This document shows, piece by piece, positions 1 to 9,952 of a stretch of DNA of 35,377 bases. Where the stretch lies: contig JBFGLM010000046.1 in assembly GCA_041576165.1 (NCBI GenBank), positions 1 to 35,377 on the forward strand, read 5' to 3'. Origin of the DNA: Acidimicrobiia bacterium (GTDB taxonomy: Bacteria > Actinomycetota > Acidimicrobiia > Spongiisociales > Spongiisociaceae). The translations under genes were made by a program, and so were the position numbers. Position 1 is the stretch's first letter. Every line of letters begins with the position of its first letter. Below the pieces are notes generated by a model that worked only from the letters and a program-made list of their open reading frames with translations, was not told the origin of the DNA and made no database searches.

Positions 1-41
1 GGCGCCACCCCAGCTCGTGAGCAAACAAATGGTGGAGCGCT

Positions 42-800
42 GTGATACCCGTAATCGAAACCCAGGCAGTGAGCAAGATCTTTGAAGGTGGTCGCGGCCG
101 GATAGCAGCTCTCGACGGGATTTCGATGAGTGTCGATCGGGGCGAGATCATGGCCTTCCTCGGCCCGAGCGGATGTGGAAAGAGCACCTTGCTCGACATC
201 TTGGCGGGCTTGACCAATCCATCTTCAGGCAAGGTGCTCGTGGACGGTGAAGCGCCGCGACCCCGGCGAGAAATCGGGTTGATGTTCCAGAAGTCGCTCC
301 TGTTCCCATGGCGGAACGTGTTGGACAACGTACTACTCCCGGCCGAAGTACTGCGGCTCGACAAAGACGCCTCACGAGAGCGCGCCGTGGAGTTGCTGGA
401 AATGGTCGGATTGAGCGGCTGGGGAGACAATCTTCCCAGCGAGCTGTCGGGTGGGATGCAGCAGCGGGTGGCTCTCGCTCGGGTGCTCCTCCCAGACCCT
501 GAGGTTCTTCTGCTCGATGAGCCGTTCGGAGCGCTCGATGAGATGACGCGAGAATCGCTCGACCTCGAGCTGGCCCGGATAGCGCAGCTCACACACAAGA
601 CTGTCGTCTTCGTCACCCACAATGTATACGAGGCCGTGTTGATCTCCGACAGAATCTGTGTGTTCACCCCACGCCCGGGACGGGTGGCCGGGATTGTCGA
701 CGTGCCCATGGATCGGCCGCGGTCGCCGGAGACGCTGACCACCGACTTGTTTTCGGAGAAGGTTTACGAGGTTCGCGATATCATCACCTCATTCGGATGA
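42..800 (+). CDS. ABC transporter ATP-binding protein, NitT/TauT (SsuB/TauB-like) family
   Basis: Walker A GPSGCGKS, signature LSGGMQQR, Walker B LLLDEPF, H-loop VTH and C-terminal PRPGR motif. GGAG lies upstream of the GTG start. Confidence 0.95.
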   Translation: MIPVIETQAVSKIFEGGRGRIAALDGISMSVDRGEIMAFLGPSGCGKSTLLDILAGLTNPSSGKVLVDGEAPRPRREIGLMFQKSLLFPWRNVLDNVLLPAEVLRLDKDASRERAVELLEMVGLSGWGDNLPSELSGGMQQRVALARVLLPDPEVLLLDEPFGALDEMTRESLDLELARIAQLTHKTVVFVTHNVYEAVLISDRICVFTPRPGRVAGIVDVPMDRPRSPETLTTDLFSEKVYEVRDIITSFG

Positions 801-804
801 GACG

Positions 805-1680
805 GTGGTGCCAGTGGATACTCGAGCCGCAGTAGACGAAATCGAGTCCGTCGAGTCGCGGGACACCGCCGGGCCATCGAGCATCGGCAGCTTCCTGGCC
901 AGCCGCTGGCGTGGTCCAGTCGGTGCGATCCTGCTCGCGATCCTCCTCTACGGTCTCTGGCAGGTCACAGTGTGGAACAATTGGGTGAGCGACATCATCC
1001 TGCCGGCGCCGAACGAGGTCGCAATTGCGTTCTACCAGACCTTCACCGAAGGCTTCTTCTACGCCCACCTCTGGATCACGACCCAGGAAGTGCTGATCGG
1101 CTTCATCGTCGGAGTCATCGTCGGCTTCGGATTGGGGGTGATGCTCGGCACCTCCCACCTTGCGCGCGACGTTGCCTATCCATTCGTCGTCGCGTTCCAA
1201 GGCCTGCCCAAGATCGTGCTTGCGCCGATATTCATCACGGCTTTTGGTTTCGGTATGACCTCCAAGGTCGTGATGGCTGCCGTGATCTCTTTCTTCCCTC
1301 TCCTCGTCAACACGGAGTCGGGGATCGCCACCGTCGATCCAGATGCGGTCAAGTTCATGCGTTCGTTGAATGCATCAAAGCGCGACATCTTCCTTCGTCT
1401 CTCGCTCCCGCACAGCCTTCCGTCGATTTTCGCCGGACTCAAGGCAGCTCTGACTTTCGCACTGGTCGGGGCGATCGTGGGTGAATTCGTCGGCGCCGGT
1501 CGCGGGCTTGGCTATCTACTCGACACCTACTCGTACCAACTGCAGGTGCCGAGGGTATGGGCGGTCACGGCCGTGCTGGGGCTCATGGGGGTCATTCTGT
1601 TCCTCGTAATCGACATCCTCGACCGCAAGATCGTCTTTTGGCGGACTACGGCCGGCCACTCGGGAGAAGCCACGCTGTGA
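805..1680 (+). CDS. ABC transporter permease, NitT/TauT (SsuC/TauC-like) family
   Basis: Six hydrophobic segments with LPAPxEV and GEFVGAGRGLG motifs; directly follows the ATPase. Confidence 0.93.
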   Translation: MVPVDTRAAVDEIESVESRDTAGPSSIGSFLASRWRGPVGAILLAILLYGLWQVTVWNNWVSDIILPAPNEVAIAFYQTFTEGFFYAHLWITTQEVLIGFIVGVIVGFGLGVMLGTSHLARDVAYPFVVAFQGLPKIVLAPIFITAFGFGMTSKVVMAAVISFFPLLVNTESGIATVDPDAVKFMRSLNASKRDIFLRLSLPHSLPSIFAGLKAALTFALVGAIVGEFVGAGRGLGYLLDTYSYQLQVPRVWAVTAVLGLMGVILFLVIDILDRKIVFWRTTAGHSGEATL

Positions 1681-2354
1681 CGAGGCGTTGGGATCACAGC
1701 CGGCCTCTGACCCTGGCCGAGAAGGTCCACCCGGATCACACGGCCCTGGTCGTCGTTGACTATCAGAACGACTTCGTGGCGCCGGCCGGTGCTCTGGACA
1801 AAGCCGGGAAGTTCTCTCACGCCGCAATCGACTTACATGACCGGATCGTCAACGCGATCGACGCCACCCGGGAGGTCGGCGCCAAGGTGGTGTTTCTACG
1901 CTGCGAGTACTCGACACCGGACAACCGCTACCTGTCAGACGTGTTTCTTGACCAGGCGAAACGGCGATTTAATGGGCTCTATCACGAGATCCCGGTCTGC
2001 GAGCCGGGAAGCTGGGGCGCGGAGTTCTACGGCGATGTACAGCCCGGCGACGACGACCTGGTGGTAACCAAACACCGATTCGGCGGGTTCGACGGAACCG
2101 ACCTCGACATCGTGCTGCGTACCAATGGCATCCGGACGCTTGTGTTCACGGGGGTCGTCACGCACGTGTGTGTCGAATCGACCGTGCGGGAAGCCTTCTT
2201 CCACGACTATTACAACGTCGTGCTACGCGACCTCGTGGCGGGCTACCGCCCGCAGTGGCACGAGACATCGCTCGAAGTGATCGACTGGGGCTTCGGAGAA
2301 GTTGTCGAACTCGCCGATCTGCGAGCCGCCTGGGGACCACCCACGCCGATGTGA
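1677..2354 (+). CDS. Isochorismatase-family cysteine hydrolase (RutB/NicF-like amidase)
   Basis: Asp-Lys-Cys triad motifs VVDYQNDF, VTKHRF and GVVTHVCVEST. Start moved to GTG 1677, giving a GTGA overlap with the permease stop. Confidence 0.9.
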   Translation: MTRRWDHSRPLTLAEKVHPDHTALVVVDYQNDFVAPAGALDKAGKFSHAAIDLHDRIVNAIDATREVGAKVVFLRCEYSTPDNRYLSDVFLDQAKRRFNGLYHEIPVCEPGSWGAEFYGDVQPGDDDLVVTKHRFGGFDGTDLDIVLRTNGIRTLVFTGVVTHVCVESTVREAFFHDYYNVVLRDLVAGYRPQWHETSLEVIDWGFGEVVELADLRAAWGPPTPM

Positions 2355-2376
2355 CCGGCTGAGTAGCTTCTTCTCC

Positions 2377-4170
2377 ATGAAGGACTACAGAACCGAGCAA
2401 CGGCTAGGAATGGACGTCGACTGGGATGTCCCGATCGAGATGGACGACGGCGTCGTTCTGCGGGCGGACGTGTACCGTCCGCCGGGCGGTCTCCGTCACC
2501 CCGTCATTCTCGCCTACGGTCCGTACGCGAAGTGGCTCCATTATGCGGACGGCTCGCCTTACCAGTGGAAACGAATGTCCGAGGACCACCCGGACACCGT
2601 TGCCGGATCGACCAACACCTTTCAATCGTGGGAGGTCGTGGACCCAGAGAAGTGGGTGCCCGATGGCTACGTCTGTGTTCGGATCGACTCGAGAGGTGCC
2701 GGACGCTCCCCGGGTTATCTCGATCCATGGTCACCGCGGGAGACCCGCGATCTTTACGAGTGCATCGAATGGGCCGGAACTCGGGAGTGGAGCGACGGCA
2801 AGGTCGGCGTCAACGGCATCTCGTACTACGCCATGAACCAGTGGCAAGTGGGTGGCCTGCGACCACCCCATTTGGCTGCCCTTTGCATCTGGGAGGGTGC
2901 GGCCGATCTCTACCGCGACATGGCGTATCACGGCGGGATCCTCTCGACGTTCCCCGACATCTGGTTCGAAGGTCGGGTGGTCCCCAAGCAGCACGGGCTC
3001 GGACACCGCGGCCACAAGAGCCGCTTCACCGGCGAGTACGTCTCAGGCCCCCCAACGCTGACCGACGAGGAACTCGGCTCGAACCGAACGGCGTACGGCC
3101 GCGACCTCCTCAATCACCCCCACATAGACGACTATTGGGAGGCCCGGGCCCCCGACCTCGCCAACATCGACGTTCCGCTGCTTTCGGCCGGCAACTGGGG
3201 GGGCATGGCCATGCACCTGCGCGGCAACGTAGAGGGTTTCGTGCAGGCCGGCACCCAGCAGAAGTGGCTGGAGCTCCACGGGCTCGAGCATTGGACCCAC
3301 TTCTACACCGACTACGGTGTGGCGCTGCAGAAGCGTTTCTTCGGTCACTTTCTCAAGGGCGAAGACACCGGTTGGGACCGCCAGCCTCGCGTGCTGCTGC
3401 AGATTCGCCATCCGGGACACCGCTTTGAGGAACGCTATGAGGACGAATGGCCGCTGGGACGGACACGCTGGACCAGGTTCTATCTCGATCCCGCCGGCGC
3501 GTCCCTCTCGACGGAGAAGCCCACGGAGTCGCAGACATTCACGTATCAGGCCCTCGGTGCCGGTCTCACCTTCCTCTCTGCACCGCTCGAGGAGCCAATG
3601 GAGATCACCGGACCGGCTGCCGCGAAGCTGTTCGTCTCGTCGGATACACAAGACGCCGACATCTTCGTGGTCCTGCGCGTGTTCACACCTGACATGGCCG
3701 AAGTGACGTTCGTAGGCGCCAACGAACCACACACGCCGATCTCGCACGGCTGGTTGCGGGCGTCGCACCGCAAGCTCGACCCCGACCGCACGCTCCCGTA
3801 CCGGCCCTATCACACTCATGATGAGCTTCAGCCGCTGACGCCGGGTGAAGTCTACGAACTCGATGTCGAGATCTGGCCGACGTGCATTGTGGTCCCGACC
3901 GGGTACCGCATCGGAGTGTCGCTTCGGGGCCGCGACTACGTCTATCCGGGATCACCGCCGGCGCCGTTGCCGGCCGCTGGCATCGGTGCCACCTCGGCGG
4001 CCGTCTTCACCGGCGTGGGACCCTTCCGCCACAACCAGGCCGCGGACCGGAATCCCGCCACTTATGGGGGGAACGTCACGCTGCACGCTGGCGGCGAACA
4101 TCCCAGCTTCATGTTGCTCCCGATCGTCCCGGAGCAGCAGCCCAACTCAAGTCATCCCGCCCCCGAGTGA
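2377..4170 (+). CDS. CocE/NonD-family serine hydrolase
   Basis: N-terminal IEMDDGVVLRADVYRP, RIDSRGAGRSPG, nucleophile elbow GISY and a C-terminal PepX-like jelly-roll (GWLRASHR...ELDVEIWPT). ATG 2377 preferred; start uncertain. Confidence 0.92.
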   Translation: MKDYRTEQRLGMDVDWDVPIEMDDGVVLRADVYRPPGGLRHPVILAYGPYAKWLHYADGSPYQWKRMSEDHPDTVAGSTNTFQSWEVVDPEKWVPDGYVCVRIDSRGAGRSPGYLDPWSPRETRDLYECIEWAGTREWSDGKVGVNGISYYAMNQWQVGGLRPPHLAALCIWEGAADLYRDMAYHGGILSTFPDIWFEGRVVPKQHGLGHRGHKSRFTGEYVSGPPTLTDEELGSNRTAYGRDLLNHPHIDDYWEARAPDLANIDVPLLSAGNWGGMAMHLRGNVEGFVQAGTQQKWLELHGLEHWTHFYTDYGVALQKRFFGHFLKGEDTGWDRQPRVLLQIRHPGHRFEERYEDEWPLGRTRWTRFYLDPAGASLSTEKPTESQTFTYQALGAGLTFLSAPLEEPMEITGPAAAKLFVSSDTQDADIFVVLRVFTPDMAEVTFVGANEPHTPISHGWLRASHRKLDPDRTLPYRPYHTHDELQPLTPGEVYELDVEIWPTCIVVPTGYRIGVSLRGRDYVYPGSPPAPLPAAGIGATSAAVFTGVGPFRHNQAADRNPATYGGNVTLHAGGEHPSFMLLPIVPEQQPNSSHPAPE

Positions 4171-5330
4171 CCGAGTTCGGAGCGGATCATGGCACCGTGC
4201 TCATCGAGACGAGGCGGTGGGAGCGGGTCGGGATCATCGACCTCTGAGAACCGGATCGGGCTCGCAACGAGACGAAACGGACCTCGCGTGGGATCGTCAA
4301 TGTGCTGGATCGTCGCGGCACCCTCGGGAGAAGCGAATACTTGTCGAAGATCCTGCAGAGGTGCGACCGGCACTCGGGCGTCGGTCAGCCGTTCCACCCA
4401 ATAGCCAACAGGCTCCTCTGCTACTGCGGCCTCGATCTCGGTCTCCAGTTCGCGGCGATGGGCGACGCGGTCCTGATTCGTCGTGAACCTTGCATCGGTC
4501 GCGAGGTCGTCACGTCCGAGAACCTCGCACAGGCGCCGGTGCAGCCGATCGTTGCCGGCGGCGATGACCAAGAATCCATCGGCGGCCCGGAACGCGCGGT
4601 AAGGAACGATGTTCGGGTGAGCGGTCCCCATCGCCTGTGGAACGAGTTCTCCAATCAGGTGGTTTGCCGCCTGATTCACCAGCGATGCCACGGAAGCGTC
4701 GAAGAGCGGGATCAGCAACTTGGTACCGGCCCCGGTCTCGTGCCGGCGTTGCAAGGCGGCGAGGATGCCGACTGCGGCGTACAGGCCGGTCACCACGTCG
4801 AGCATCGCCACACCGATCTTGGCCGGTTGTTCCGGCCCGAGCCCCGTGATGCTCATGAAACCAGAGAGTGCCTGGATGGCGATGTCGTAGCCCGGGTCGG
4901 CGTGGCGCGGCCCTTCCGCAAATGCCGAGATCGAGCAATAGATCACAGATGGGTTGGCGACGCGAACCAACTCGTAGCCCAGTCCGAATTCGTCCATCAG
5001 TCCGGGCCGGAAGTTCTCCACTACGACGTCGGCGCCGGCGGCCAGGTCGCGAGCAACCTTCAGATCGCGCTCGTCATCGAGATCGAGCGCGATCGAGCGT
5101 TTGTTGCGGTTGACCGCCAGGAAATAGGCAGCATCGTTCCCGATGAACGGGGGGCCCCAGTGCCGGGTGTCGTCTCCCACCCGAGGGCGCTCGATCTTGA
5201 CGACGTCGGCTCCGAGATCCCCGAGGACCATCGTGCAGTAGGGCCCGGAGAGTATCCGGCTGAAATCGACGACCCGCAGTCCGGCCAGCGCGCAGCCGCT
5301 GCCCGAAGATGGCACCGCCGGCTCAAGCAT
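4152..5330 (-). CDS. Family III (CaiB/BaiF) CoA-transferase
   Basis: LAGLRVVDFSRILSGPYCT, GADVVKIERP, NRNKRS, ENFRPG and catalytic-Asp motif PGYD. ATG 5330 overlaps the upstream stop (ATGCTTGA). Confidence 0.95.
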   Translation of the reverse strand: MLEPAVPSSGSGCALAGLRVVDFSRILSGPYCTMVLGDLGADVVKIERPRVGDDTRHWGPPFIGNDAAYFLAVNRNKRSIALDLDDERDLKVARDLAAGADVVVENFRPGLMDEFGLGYELVRVANPSVIYCSISAFAEGPRHADPGYDIAIQALSGFMSITGLGPEQPAKIGVAMLDVVTGLYAAVGILAALQRRHETGAGTKLLIPLFDASVASLVNQAANHLIGELVPQAMGTAHPNIVPYRAFRAADGFLVIAAGNDRLHRRLCEVLGRDDLATDARFTTNQDRVAHRRELETEIEAAVAEEPVGYWVERLTDARVPVAPLQDLRQVFASPEGAATIQHIDDPTRGPFRLVASPIRFSEVDDPDPLPPPRLDEHGAMIRSELGHSGAG

Positions 5331-6345
5331 CGGATCGGGTCGAACGGTCCGAAGTTTCACCGAGCCACCGGTGGGCAGTCACAGACACGATCCGCCGGCG
5401 ATCGTCGGGCGTTAGCTCCAGCGGGTCGAGCGAGCGCACTGGTTCGGCATTTCGAACATCGAACGGATAGTCGGTGCCAAGCGCCACTTTGTCCGGTCCG
5501 ACCGTTTCGATCAAGTAGCGCAGGGCCCCCGTCGAGTGTGTGAGTGTGTCGAAGTACATCTTTGCCAGCGAATCTTCCACCGACCCCTCGAGGTCGCGGC
5601 GCGGCTCCTCCCGGATTTCCCATCCCCGGATCCATCGCCCGAACAGATATGGCGCTGCTCCACCCCCGTGCACGAAACAGATGCGCAGATGCGGGATGCG
5701 CTCCATCATGCCGGAGAAGGCGATGTTGGCGATACAGGCTGCGGTTTCGACGGTGAGACCCATCAGGTTGATCAGGTAGTAATCCCTCCAGCGGTAGGAG
5801 GGAACAAAATCGGGATGCACCAGCACAGGCAATCCGGCGTCGGCGACGTAACGGAAGAACTCTTCGAAAACGCGGTCGGCGAGGTGCAGCTCGCCGACCG
5901 AAGCGCTCAGCTCCACCCCTCGCAAACCCAGCTCCCCCGTGGCACGGTCAAACTCCTCGATCGCCCGGTCGGGGTCCTGGAGCGGAACCGTGCAGAGACC
6001 GAGAAGCCGGCCGGGATGTTGTGCCACCGCCGCTGCGATCTCGTGGTTGAGCAGCTGGCACAAATCGAGCCCGCTGGCCGGGTCCTTGAAGTAGCGGAAC
6101 GTGAAGGGGGGCGGCGAAAGCACTCGCCGGTCGACGCCCGCGTGATCCATGTCGGCCAGCATGATCTCGACCGAACTGAGCTGTTCGATGGTGGCGCCGA
6201 CCGGCATGCCTCCAACGGTCACGGAGTTCGGTACCCCGTTCACCTCTTCGAGATGTACTGCGGGTCCGTCTGCCGCCAGCAGCGGAAGGGAGGATGGTGG
6301 CAAGAGATGTGCGTGGACATCGCAGGTCGAGACGGCATCAGTCAT
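5323..6345 (-). CDS. Amidohydrolase-2 family protein (ACMSD/decarboxylase-hydratase-like)
   Basis: Metal motifs DVHAH, VHP, HGGG and GTDYPF. GAGGAG RBS and ATGA overlap with the upstream gene at 6342-6345. Confidence 0.92.
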   Translation of the reverse strand: MTDAVSTCDVHAHLLPPSSLPLLAADGPAVHLEEVNGVPNSVTVGGMPVGATIEQLSSVEIMLADMDHAGVDRRVLSPPPFTFRYFKDPASGLDLCQLLNHEIAAAVAQHPGRLLGLCTVPLQDPDRAIEEFDRATGELGLRGVELSASVGELHLADRVFEEFFRYVADAGLPVLVHPDFVPSYRWRDYYLINLMGLTVETAACIANIAFSGMMERIPHLRICFVHGGGAAPYLFGRWIRGWEIREEPRRDLEGSVEDSLAKMYFDTLTHSTGALRYLIETVGPDKVALGTDYPFDVRNAEPVRSLDPLELTPDDRRRIVSVTAHRWLGETSDRSTRSDA

Positions 6346-6971
6346 ATGCTGTCTCCTCTCGCCGCCGGCGTGTCGACCCAATGCGCTTCGTCGTGCAGGT
6401 GGCCTTCGATGGGGATGGCGAGAGATGCGTGGACCCGGTTATAGAAGGACCAGAACCCAAGGGTGCATGCTATCTCGACGATCTCTTCAGGCGTAAAGTG
6501 GTCGACCAGCCGAGCTCGCAGCTCATCGTCGACGTACTCGGGCCCCTGCGACGCGGCATGGACGAACTCCCACGCCACCTCCTCCCGGTCATCTTCGGGG
6601 TGCTCGAGGTGGAGGATCTCATCGATCCGTTTGTCGTCAAGTCCGAACTTTCGCTTCATGGTGTGGGCCTCATGGGCCGTGCAATACCGGCAGCCGTGGT
6701 TGCGGGAGATGAGGAGCGCGAGGCGATATTTGAAGTCCTCCGGCAGGACGTTGTCCTGGTGACGCATCACCGTGTTGTTGAGGCGCGTGACCTGGCGGAA
6801 AATATGTGGAGAATGGACGTAAAGCCGGAAACTGTTCGGCAGAAAGCCGAGCCGTTCCTCGGTGCCCGCGAGAAGTGCCTCGGTTTCCCGGGAGGCTTGT
6901 GACCGATCTGCATAGGGGATCAGCGGCTCCGCCTCAACAGGATCGGTGGGGTGGTTCTCGTCTGCGGTCAT
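6342..6971 (-). CDS. AhpD/carboxymuconolactone decarboxylase-family protein with CxxC
   Basis: LGFLPNSF, SRNHGCRYCTAH and FTPEEIVEI...FYNR. AAGGAG RBS before ATG 6971. Confidence 0.88.
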   Translation of the reverse strand: MTADENHPTDPVEAEPLIPYADRSQASRETEALLAGTEERLGFLPNSFRLYVHSPHIFRQVTRLNNTVMRHQDNVLPEDFKYRLALLISRNHGCRYCTAHEAHTMKRKFGLDDKRIDEILHLEHPEDDREEVAWEFVHAASQGPEYVDDELRARLVDHFTPEEIVEIACTLGFWSFYNRVHASLAIPIEGHLHDEAHWVDTPAARGDSI

Positions 6972-7008
6972 CGGGTGCTCCTTCAATCATGGTTTCGGAC
7001 ACCGGTGG

Positions 7009-7983
7009 TCAAGGCGACAGCCGGAACGCCAGGGGACGCATGGGTCCGGCGGTGGCGCCCCGGATCTTCAAACAGGCCCCGATGAAGGCGAATTCGTAGC
7101 ATTCGGCTGCTGCTAGACCCTCCAGGTCGACGACCTCCATCATGGGAATTCCCGCCTCAGCGAATAGGTAGGTGTGAACCCCCATCCAGTTGTCGGGGTC
7201 GGCAGAGGGCAGTTGCTCGAGCGCAATGTTGTCTGCTCCGATCAAGACGGCGCCCGCCTCGGCCAGGTACTTCGCGCTCTCACGAGTCAATCCCGGCTCC
7301 GCCGGAAGGTAGGCGGCAGGGTCGGGCCAAGTGCTGCCCCGACCGGTGCGTACCATGACGATGTCGCCTGGACGCATCTCGACGTCCTGTTGCGCGAGCG
7401 CCACCTCCAGGTCCTCGGCCGTGATCCCGTAAGAGTCCGGCAGCACGTCCACGTCGTGGGCGCGGGCAACATCGATCAAGACTCCGCGCCCGATGATCGG
7501 CGGCTGTTTGTCGGCACCGGCCACTGTCCAGTGGGTGCTGCCGAGATGTTCGTCTACCTGGTAGTTGTTCCAGATGGTGCCGTCGTAACCGAAGTGGTTG
7601 AGCGTGTCGAGGTGGGTGCCGCAATGTGTGAACATCGAGATAGCGTCCGCGGACCAGGCGACCAGCTCGTTCTGTTCGGGACCCACGCCGATCGGATCAT
7701 CGACCACCGTGCCTCGCGGCGTGTGCACCATCCACATCGAGAAGGGAGGCTCGCCCCCCGCAGTCCAAGTCGGCATTCCGACGAACAGCTCGACGCCGAG
7801 ATCGAACACCTCGTCCGAGACGACCCGGTCGAGGATCTGTCTGGCGTTCATGCGCTCCAGCAGGTTGAGCATCCCGATTTCGTCGTCGGGTCCGAACGGA
7901 CTAATGCTCACCTCATTTCGAACCGCTGTCATGGCGGCAATGAACTCCCGAGCTTCGCCATCTGTGATCACAGGCCCACACAC
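7009..7983 (-). CDS. Cyclase-family metal hydrolase (kynurenine formamidase/isatin hydrolase-like)
   Basis: HCGTHLD, GRGVLIDV, PGDIVMVRTG, IGADN, H...E metal residues and GATAGPMRPLA. Start at GTG 7983 (AGGAGG/GGAG upstream) is tentative. Confidence 0.9.
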   Translation of the reverse strand: MCGPVITDGEAREFIAAMTAVRNEVSISPFGPDDEIGMLNLLERMNARQILDRVVSDEVFDLGVELFVGMPTWTAGGEPPFSMWMVHTPRGTVVDDPIGVGPEQNELVAWSADAISMFTHCGTHLDTLNHFGYDGTIWNNYQVDEHLGSTHWTVAGADKQPPIIGRGVLIDVARAHDVDVLPDSYGITAEDLEVALAQQDVEMRPGDIVMVRTGRGSTWPDPAAYLPAEPGLTRESAKYLAEAGAVLIGADNIALEQLPSADPDNWMGVHTYLFAEAGIPMMEVVDLEGLAAAECYEFAFIGACLKIRGATAGPMRPLAFRLSP

Positions 7984-8359
7984 TGCTCCCGCTACCTCCT
8001 CTAGACCGCCGCCGACCACCGGCCGCGTCGCTCAGCCAGGATACGAGATCGATTCATCGCAGGGCGGAGGCACGACCAGCCGATGTGTCCATTGACTCCT
8101 CATCGCCACCCATCGTCGGGCAGCATCCGGGCGCCCCGTCCTTCACTGACAACGGTCGATCCGCTCTAGACGGACCGGGAGCACGGCGGGCGCATGAACT
8201 CGCACTCCAGACATTCCCTCGACGGATCTGCGGACCGGAGGGCGTGTCGCAGCTTGTCGCGCACCTGGCATCCCGCGGGCTTGGTTCGCCCAAGGGACAC
8301 CCCTCGTTAGCGGAGGCGCCCAGCGGAATGGGGTCATGGCCTTGTGATGGCGCCAGCGC

Positions 8360-8707
8360 TCACCGCAGTGCCGGGGCGCTGATCACGAGGAGTTCGGCGG
8401 ACTCGGTGGCGTTACGGTTCTCGACTGAGTGGTGTTCGCCGGCCGCCAAGATCGCAGTATCTCCATAACGAAGCACTGCCGTGCCAGACGGCACTTTCAC
8501 CTCGACCGTGCCCGAGATACATACATAGATCTGGTCGGAGGTCTCGTGGACATGCGTCTCGGCACCGCCCCCTGGGTCCAACCGTCCGTGCCAGACGCTC
8601 ACGCGCTCTATCCCGCCTTCCGACCGGCCGGCCAGCATGCGGTTCACGACGCCGTGATGGCCGGCAGGCTCATAGGTCTGGGTTGCCGCAAACTCGACCA
8701 CATGCAC
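8360..8707 (-). CDS. Cupin-domain protein
   Basis: Cupin motif 1 HVHETSDQIYVCISG and motif 2 GDTAILAAGEHHSVEN. Confidence 0.88.
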   Translation of the reverse strand: MHVVEFAATQTYEPAGHHGVVNRMLAGRSEGGIERVSVWHGRLDPGGGAETHVHETSDQIYVCISGTVEVKVPSGTAVLRYGDTAILAAGEHHSVENRNATESAELLVISAPALR

Positions 8708-8877
8708 GCTCTACCGGCCTCCTTGCGACCCGGCACCGCTCTGCGTTGGTGTCGCGCCGGTCGAAGGATGACCCGCATGCTTACATTGGCCGGGCCGACG
8801 CTGGAAACCAGCGGCACAAACGTCAAATCGCCGGCCGCACTCTATAGGATCGTTTCATCCGTTCCAAGGGAGGCCCC

Positions 8878-9894
8878 ATGCGAATCAAACGCTCTATGTT
8901 TCCTCTCTACGCAGGTCTCTTCGTCCTTGCTCTCGTGGCTGCCTGCGGCGGCGACGACGGCGTGGAGGCCACCGCCGACGATCCGATCGAGCTCACGGCC
9001 ATCGCCGGCAGCTCGGTCGACTTCATCTCGTTGGTGCCGTTGGCGGCGTGGGAGATCCTTGCGGAGGAGAACATCATCGTCGAACAGCGGTTTGTCGAGG
9101 AGGCCTCTACGGCCATCCAGGCGATCGAACAGGGTCAGGCCGAAATCGGCACCAATATTGGGGTGAACGTCGGCGTGCCCGCCGTCGATGCTGGTGCCAG
9201 CATCGTGGACGTGGTCGCAACGCAGCGGCCGACATGGGCCCTGGCCGTCGCCCCGGACATCAACTCGCTCGACGATCTCGCCGGCAAGCGGATCGCAGTA
9301 CACGGAGAAGCATCGTTCACGCGGGCGGTGTCACAGTGGTTTGCATCCGAAAACGGGTACGAATATGAAGAGTTGATCATCCCCGGCAGCGAGGTGCGGG
9401 CGGAAGCGCTGGCCCAGGGTCAGATCGACGGCTCGGTCATCGATCTGCCCGATGTCGTGCAACTCGGCGCCACGTATCCGGGGTCGTTCAAGGTCCTCGT
9501 GACTATTGGTGAGGAGTTCCCCGAACTGATCGAACAGGACCTCTGGTTCAGCAAGACCTGGGCCGATGAGAATCCGGAGCTGGCGACGCGGGTTACCCAG
9601 GCCATCGTCGAGGCCATGCGTAAGCTGACCAACGACACCGGCTATGCGCTCGATTTGGCCAAGGAGCATTTGCCCGACTTCGACGAAGCAGTGCTCGAGG
9701 AACTCGTGAACGAGTACTCCACGAGGGGCCTGTGGCCCTCCGACGGGCTCTTGACCGCCGAACGGGCGCTGGAGACGCTCACGTTCTTCAACGAGGTGGG
9801 TGAGATCGAGATCGAACCGCCCACCGAAGAAACCCTCGACAAGTACTTCGACTTCAGCTACCTGCAGGAGGCGCTCGAGAACCTGGGCGGCTGA
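8878..9894 (+). CDS. ABC transporter substrate-binding lipoprotein, SsuA/THI5-like
   Basis: GGGAGG RBS, lipobox LVAA-C, DDLAGKRIAV and ALAQGQIDG motifs; first gene of an ABC operon. Confidence 0.9.
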   Translation: MRIKRSMFPLYAGLFVLALVAACGGDDGVEATADDPIELTAIAGSSVDFISLVPLAAWEILAEENIIVEQRFVEEASTAIQAIEQGQAEIGTNIGVNVGVPAVDAGASIVDVVATQRPTWALAVAPDINSLDDLAGKRIAVHGEASFTRAVSQWFASENGYEYEELIIPGSEVRAEALAQGQIDGSVIDLPDVVQLGATYPGSFKVLVTIGEEFPELIEQDLWFSKTWADENPELATRVTQAIVEAMRKLTNDTGYALDLAKEHLPDFDEAVLEELVNEYSTRGLWPSDGLLTAERALETLTFFNEVGEIEIEPPTEETLDKYFDFSYLQEALENLGG

Positions 9895-9952
9895 CCCAGC
9901 CGGCGATGACGATACACGACCAGACCGCGCCGTCCCGAATAGTGGCCGCCGT

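Noticed and set aside
4302-5543. 413-aa plus-strand ORF
   Set aside because: Antisense shadow of the CoA-transferase with no motifs; typical of high-GC DNA.
5536-8004. Plus-strand ORFs of 302, 202 and 276 aa
   Set aside because: Antisense shadows of the amidohydrolase, AhpD-like and cyclase genes.
8054-8092. 12-codon minus-strand ORF MDTSAGRASALR after GAGGAG, a possible leader peptide
   Set aside because: SD-to-ATG spacing is only 3 nt, with no regulatory codon run or attenuator structure seen.
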